IMG/VR virus record: IMGVR_UViG_3300010222_000173
Location: 1-37,350 of that record
Origin: a virus
Taxonomy: Duplodnaviria > Caudoviricetes
Reading direction: 5' to 3' (one strand)
DNA length: 37,350 nucleotides
Shown here in pieces: positions 35,026 to 37,350 of this stretch; the stretch's first letter is position 1, and each line of letters starts with the position of its first letter. A program made the translations under genes and the position numbers. A model generated the notes under the pieces. That model saw only the letters and a list, made by a program, of their open reading frames with translations. It was not told the DNA's origin and did no database searches.

Positions 35026-35730
35026 ATGGGTACGACTATTCAGTACAAGGATACCCTTCCGGAAAGCGCGTCCCATCTCGACGACGGGGAAGGTGGATAC
35101 TCAGAGATCTGGGCACGTACGGAAGACCGTGTGGCACGCCTACAAGAGGGCACAGGCATTTCGCTGCGCGACGAGCAGGCCCCAGGGGCGCCAATGAAAG
35201 TCTTAGAGCGGCGCGGGTGGGACGTCATCCCTGCAGAGGGCCTTCCAGCCGATGGCGCGATCGTTACGCCGAGCGACACCTACCATCGCCGACACAGCCA
35301 AATCTGGCGCTACTGGATCACAGCGCCGAAGAACCTGATCGGGGGCGTGCGTCAGTTTGTGGCCGCTGCTGAGTCAGGAGGGCTGCCTGAAGGATGGACT
35401 GAGAAGACTGCTGAGGACGCTCATAAGGACCAGTATGTGCTGTGCTCCTTCTCGCTTGGCATGGATGGGGCGCGTAGCTTAGGAGCTGAACAACAAGCTC
35501 TAGGCTCGCTAGCGAGCCTGCCAGACGACGTGCATTTCTTTCAACGCTTGGCCGACCTCGATGGCTTCACTGGCATTGAAAAGCAGTCGAGGCAGCCAAC
35601 TGCGCTTTCAAAGCAGCTCTACGCCCCAAGAGATCTTTTTCAAGCCTCCCATCCCGATGCAAGCGACATGAGGGGCAGTTCGGTCACGGAGTCTGATGTT
35701 CTCTCACTTACTGGCCTGAGCCTTACATGA
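35026..35730 (+). CDS. Hypothetical tail-associated protein
   Basis: Co-oriented, 6 nt after the RBP gene. Confidence 0.6.
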   Translation: MGTTIQYKDTLPESASHLDDGEGGYSEIWARTEDRVARLQEGTGISLRDEQAPGAPMKVLERRGWDVIPAEGLPADGAIVTPSDTYHRRHSQIWRYWITAPKNLIGGVRQFVAAAESGGLPEGWTEKTAEDAHKDQYVLCSFSLGMDGARSLGAEQQALGSLASLPDDVHFFQRLADLDGFTGIEKQSRQPTALSKQLYAPRDLFQASHPDASDMRGSSVTESDVLSLTGLSLT

Positions 35731-36053
35731 CTCTTTTCCCAGCGATTCGTCAAGATGGTGCGGGCGAGACTTGGTGTCTCCAGGAGCGGTGGGAGGGTGC
35801 TGGGCTACGCCTCCCGAATGGCTTTTGCTTCCGCCCTTCTATCCCGAGACCTATCTGGCCACTCGTCTCGCCTCTAGAGACGCTTACCGCCTCCGCGCCG
35901 CATGATTATTTATATCGGCACAGGCAAGGCACGAGGCAACGGGCAGATCGGCTGTTTGCGCTGATCATGCGCAAGCAGGGGCAGTCAGAGTGGCGTGTCG
36001 TGCTCGCCTACTATACCGTACGGCTCTTCGGGTGGGCATGGTGGTATACTTGA
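35727..36053 (+). CDS. DUF1353-like protein
   Basis: P.GF...SIPR.IW, HDYLY, ADRLF..IM, Y..VRLFG. Confidence 0.85.
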   Translation: MTLFPAIRQDGAGETWCLQERWEGAGLRLPNGFCFRPSIPRPIWPLVSPLETLTASAPHDYLYRHRQGTRQRADRLFALIMRKQGQSEWRVVLAYYTVRLFGWAWWYT

Positions 36054-36087
36054 TTGTTATTCAAGGTGCTCTGATCTAGGGTACACC

Positions 36088-37350
36088 CTAGAAAAGATCC
36101 TCGTGCTGCTCGTCCAGCTCTTCGTCTCGGATTGAGCGGAGGTAGTGTTCTGTTGTCGACAGGTCTTTGTGATCAAGCGCCGCATTGATCTCTTGGATCG
36201 ACCAGCCCGCATCCAGCATCCGCTGGGCAGCCGAGTGCCTCGCCACGTGCGTCGAGAGCTTGACGTCGAGGCCTGCCGCTTTCTGTATCTCCTTCAGCTC
36301 TTGATTAACGCGACGGTTCGTCTTCCGAATCGCAGATCCAATCCCAGCCTTGGTATTCCAATCTTCCTCGCGGGCATATAGCCGGAAGAACGGAAAGACA
36401 AAGCGCGTGTCCGGAGGGCGGTAATAGTCAAGAATATCAGCAGCCTTGGGCACGATTTTCAGGTCTTTCTGTGCACCTGTCTTCCGCATCTGATACTTGA
36501 TCCTACCGACCCTAGCCTGATCCCATTCGAGGCTAGAGACATCAGACCAACGCATTCCAAGCATGTAGAGGGCCAAGAGCCACGCCCGCAAGGCGTGAGA
36601 CGGAAGCCCCCCATCCACGAACCGAGATTCGCCTGCCTCGATCTGCTCTCGTAGTTCTTCGAGCCTGCTTATTCCGCTGGCTCCAAGCGGCGTCTTGCCT
36701 GTCCGCTCGCGGCGGAGCGTCACATCGTCGAAGGGATACTCTGCTTTTGGGAAGAGGTTGTCCCGGATCGCCATGTTGACCACGCGCCTCACCACGCGCA
36801 TCGTCTTGTGGATGGTGTTGATCGAGTTGCCTCGCTCTTCTGACTCCCATGTCATGTACTCCTCTAAAAGCGAAGGAGTAACTTGCAGTGGCGAGAGTTC
36901 AATGTCCTCTACCCCACGGGTTTGCCCCAAAAACTCCCTCCACTTGGACACGGCTGTCATGTGACTGCGACGGGTGCCAGCGTTATCGTACTCTGTCTGG
37001 ATGCGGTCCTCGGCGTAGTCCAAGAGGCCCTCCTTTCCTACAGGATCGTCGCCCGGAGCGAGTTCATCCTCAACCGCCGCCTTGAGGCGGTCAGCAGTGA
37101 TGCGCCGGGGGCTGGCCCTCAAGGAGGTGAGGGCGTCTTGCGCCTTCGACTCAATCCGGCGCAGGGCGCTGTTGATCTCTCCGTGTTTGCGGTGTCCACG
37201 CGTCACCGAGTCCCCACGCCAGTAGTTTCTGTCTACTTTGAGGTCGGTGGTCAGGAACCTCTGCTCAGATTTGTGTTCAATACGGATGCGCACTTTGCTT
37301 AGGCCGTCCGTGTCGGTGCGCTTTCGGCACTGGAGTGATACGGATGCCAT
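36088..37350 (-). CDS. int: Tyrosine integrase (arm-binding + SAM-like + catalytic domains)
   Basis: GMRWSD (R), RKTG (K), HVARHS (HxxR), LDH...TTEHY (H, Y). Confidence 0.96.
   Translation of the reverse strand: MASVSLQCRKRTDTDGLSKVRIRIEHKSEQRFLTTDLKVDRNYWRGDSVTRGHRKHGEINSALRRIESKAQDALTSLRASPRRITADRLKAAVEDELAPGDDPVGKEGLLDYAEDRIQTEYDNAGTRRSHMTAVSKWREFLGQTRGVEDIELSPLQVTPSLLEEYMTWESEERGNSINTIHKTMRVVRRVVNMAIRDNLFPKAEYPFDDVTLRRERTGKTPLGASGISRLEELREQIEAGESRFVDGGLPSHALRAWLLALYMLGMRWSDVSSLEWDQARVGRIKYQMRKTGAQKDLKIVPKAADILDYYRPPDTRFVFPFFRLYAREEDWNTKAGIGSAIRKTNRRVNQELKEIQKAAGLDVKLSTHVARHSAAQRMLDAGWSIQEINAALDHKDLSTTEHYLRSIRDEELDEQHEDLF

Larger units (their letters stand above)
1..37350. mobile_element. 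Temperate siphovirus-like prophage, near complete
   Basis: Integrase, xis-like, repressor, replication, lysis, terminase, portal, protease, HK97 capsid and tape measure genes in modular phage order. Confidence 0.97.

Noticed and set aside
1-37350. tRNA genes, att core repeats, DGR/reverse transcriptase, IS elements
   Set aside because: None recognised by eye; window ends coincide with gene boundaries, so att sites are not included

Overview
The window is an essentially complete ~37 kb temperate siphovirus-type prophage with an HK97-like head and a non-contractile tail. It runs from the stop codon of an excisionase-like gene (pos. 1) to the ATG of a tyrosine integrase (pos. 37350). Layout: leftward early/replication operon (1-9104: xis, VRR-NUC, ASCH-like, DNA MTase, Zn-finger proteins, replication initiator with internal iterons, Bet/RecT-like annealing protein, CII-like, RHH); rightward immunity region (9215-10967); two parallel accessory cassettes (11040-13523); lysis (13611-16913); packaging/head (17396-25079); tail (25069-36053); integrase. 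Very acidic proteins and a Bacteroidota/Rhodothermota-style integrase suggest a salt-in halophile host such as Salinibacter (inference). The most notable signals are three. (1) A complete hammerhead ribozyme on the minus strand lies 42 nt upstream of the annealing-protein gene, with a duplicated catalytic strand. (2) The CI-like repressor is coupled to an HTH-less paralog, and neither S24 domain has the full Ser-Lys dyad. (3) Twin 'operator-promoter, cargo, hairpin, HTH' cassettes resemble acr-aca operons, with cassette-specific 13-bp repeats before every gene. All family assignments come from motif recognition by eye; no database searches were run.
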